Positions 39,060-40,974 of a stretch of DNA of 40,974 nucleotides are shown piece by piece. Origin of the DNA: Octopus sinensis (lineage: Eukaryota); the NCBI RefSeq assembly GCF_006345805.1, contig NW_021835336.1:1-40974 (forward strand), in the 5' to 3' direction. Below the pieces are notes generated by a model. It was given only the letters and a program-made list of their open reading frames with translations, did no database searches and was not told where the DNA came from. Position 1 is the first letter of the stretch; each line of letters begins with the position of its first letter. The position numbers and the translations under genes were made by a program.

Positions 39060-40109
39060 TTATTTTTTAAGTTCCTACATGCGCATTGTTTGTTTTTGAT
39101 TTTGTCGTCTACACAGCATAGTAGGGTCAGTTTGGCATCGCCTGTGAGAAAAAAAAAATGCGCCATGAGTTGATTAACTTTGCCAGAAATTTGGAAACGG
39201 CATGCTGTACTGCGGCTCCAAAGAGTGTTTGGGTCTCAATCTGAGGACAACACAAAGAATTTGGGAAGAGTTGGATGAGTCTAATGGTGTTTACGATTTA
39301 CGACAGCTCGGAAAACTCACTCTAGTCGTTCTGATGAAAAAAGAAAAGAATTCCAGAACTTGTTGATGAGATCCAGGCCATGAATGACAACGATCCCTCC
39401 AAGTCAATCTGGTCCATCGCCAGGGACATGGGAGAATTTGAGTTTCTTATCAGGTATGTAATGCATGAAGACATTCGGTATTTCTCATACTCAGTTTTTA
39501 TCCCAACATCTTGGTGTTTGGAGTGATCACTTGTGATGGCAACCTTATGCCTTCATTCATCTTCCCACATGGCCTCGAACTCAACACGGAGGCCTACATT
39601 AAGTGTCTGGAGGAGGTAGTGCTTCGCTGGGTGAAGAGGGTGGCTGCTGGAAGACCCTATGACTGGCAACAAGATTCTGCACTACTCCACACAAGTAGGA
39701 GTCATAGCTGTCAGACAATTTCTGCGACCACACCACCCCTAACATCTGGCCACCTGACTCCCCAGACTGTAACCTCCTTGATTATTATGTGTGGGGTGCA
39801 GTTGAGCGAGAGACCAAGACAGCTGCTTCTAACACGGGAGATGTTACACGGGTGCTTCTAACACGGGAGAAGGCAAGGATTATGGCAGCATTCACCAACT
39901 TAAACAATGAGACCACCCAGAAGAGTTGCAAGAGATTCCGAAGTCGTCTGGAGGCCGTGATTGAAGCCAGTGGCGATTATATCGAATAAATTTACTCTTT
40001 AGTATTTCAAGATATTTCTGTGCAACTTAGATAAATATATCTGTTAAAATGAGATGTCAGTGTTATTTTCCTTTGTGTGTAATTTAAACAATTTATGCAC
40101 CGCACCCTG
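39060..40109 (+). mobile_element. Tc1/mariner-superfamily element, maT/DD37D-like, internally deleted
   Basis: HILVFGVITCDG..FIFPHGL.LNTEAYIKCLEEVV..WQQDSA..H; WPPDSPDCNLLDYYVWGAVERE; RFRSRLEAVIEASGDYIE*. The right end is ...GCACCGCACCCTG|TA. No left TIR is visible, and the first catalytic D region is deleted. DD37D spacing is inferred: 104 nt observed against 111 expected, with a frameshift. Confidence 0.85.
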
Positions 40110-40190
40110 TATACACACACACACGCATACTAACACACATACACACACGCATATAGTAAAGATTATTTGCCAACATAATGTGGCAGTCCT

Positions 40191-40496
40191 GGTTAGCATG
40201 ACTGTTACTGTTATTTGGCTCCAGGAAACACAGTCTCCAGTTGGGTATACGACACACTATCTGCGTCCTTATAAATTCGAACAAGAGATTTTAGCTTCCC
40301 CACTCAGCTCAGAGCAATATCTGCGTATCAATGGTTTCTGGGTTATTTCTCTTTGGCAGCACAGAATGACTGCTCGGCTTGAGATGGCACCACCAAACTC
40401 CCTTGTTCGAAAATATAAGGACGCAAATAGTGTGTCGTATAGCCAGCTGCAGACGATCTTTCCAAGGGCTAAATAACAGTAATAATCGTCCTAACC
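40191..40496. mobile_element. Diverged MITE-like inverted repeat (arms ~97 bp, spacer ~111 bp)
   Basis: GGTTAGCATGACTGTTACTGTTATTT...TATACGACACACTATCTGCGTCCTTATAAATTCGAACAAG against the reverse complement of CTTGTTCGAAAATATAAGGACGCAAATAGTGTGTCGTATA...AAATAACAGTAATAATCGTCCTAACC. No clear TSD. Confidence 0.6.
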
Positions 40497-40587
40497 CTGA
40501 TAGATATATAAAAACAGAGTAAGACACTTGTGACCTACGTATTTTGCATAGATAAACCCAAAATATTATGCCATAAACACTCGCACG

Positions 40588-40633
<46 letters not shown>

Positions 40634-40699
40634 ATATATATAGGCTAGGTATATGTACAAGGTGTGTGTGTGTGCGCGCGCGCATGCGCGTGTAATTTC

Positions 40700-40834
40700 T
40701 TCAGCGAAGAAATAATCATCTTAGAAGCAAGATCAGAACTAATTTCTAGTTGCCATCATCAATACAAAGTCAAACTTTCAAGTTCTACTATGCTATCAAG
40801 TCAGGAGAATTGTAAAGAGGCGTTAATCCAATAA
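40700..40834 (+). pseudogene. Possible C-terminal remnant of a Naiad/Chlamys-type PLE protein
   Basis: FSEEIIILEARSELISSCHHQYKVKLS resembles the recalled LNxRxELxSxCxH..K..L terminal motif. The match is short and unverified. Confidence 0.25.
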
Positions 40835-40974
40835 GACCTCAGTTCACCATACTCCTCACGAGCTGTAAAGTAAGAATGACGATGCCGATAAGAAGAGAAT
40901 GTGAGTGAATCTACCCCCACATAAAAACGATTGAGGAATTCGCCAAGAATAGATATAAGAAATATCGACTGAAT

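Overview
Eukaryotic, AT-rich, microsatellite-saturated intergenic or intronic DNA. The SINE families and the TE mix look like an Octopus genome (inferred from recalled repeat families, not from a database search). I found no host protein-coding gene that I can support: almost all ORFs in the track are translations of simple repeats. Recognisable content: (1) a near-full-length GIY-YIG Penelope-like retroelement (PLE, ~27806-32858) with ~515-bp direct pseudo-LTRs, each carrying a minimal hammerhead ribozyme with a loop-less ACGU helix III and a non-canonical CUGUUGA core; (2) a second, 5'-truncated PLE (~23639-25030), two further hammerhead-like remnants and a possible third PLE fragment; (3) three decayed Tc1/mariner transposases: a mellifera-like and an Hsmar1/cecropia-like copy joined tail-to-tail, and a maT/DD37D-like copy; (4) about ten copies or fragments of tRNA-derived SINEs from several modular families; (5) four long inverted-repeat or fold-back structures (7356-9000, 19050-19277, 38208-38873, 40191-40496). 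Coordinates were read by hand and may be off by a few bases. Family and clade names come from recalled motif knowledge and need confirmation by search. Homopolymer indels between the two pseudo-LTRs suggest long-read errors, so some frameshifts and fold-backs could be assembly artefacts.
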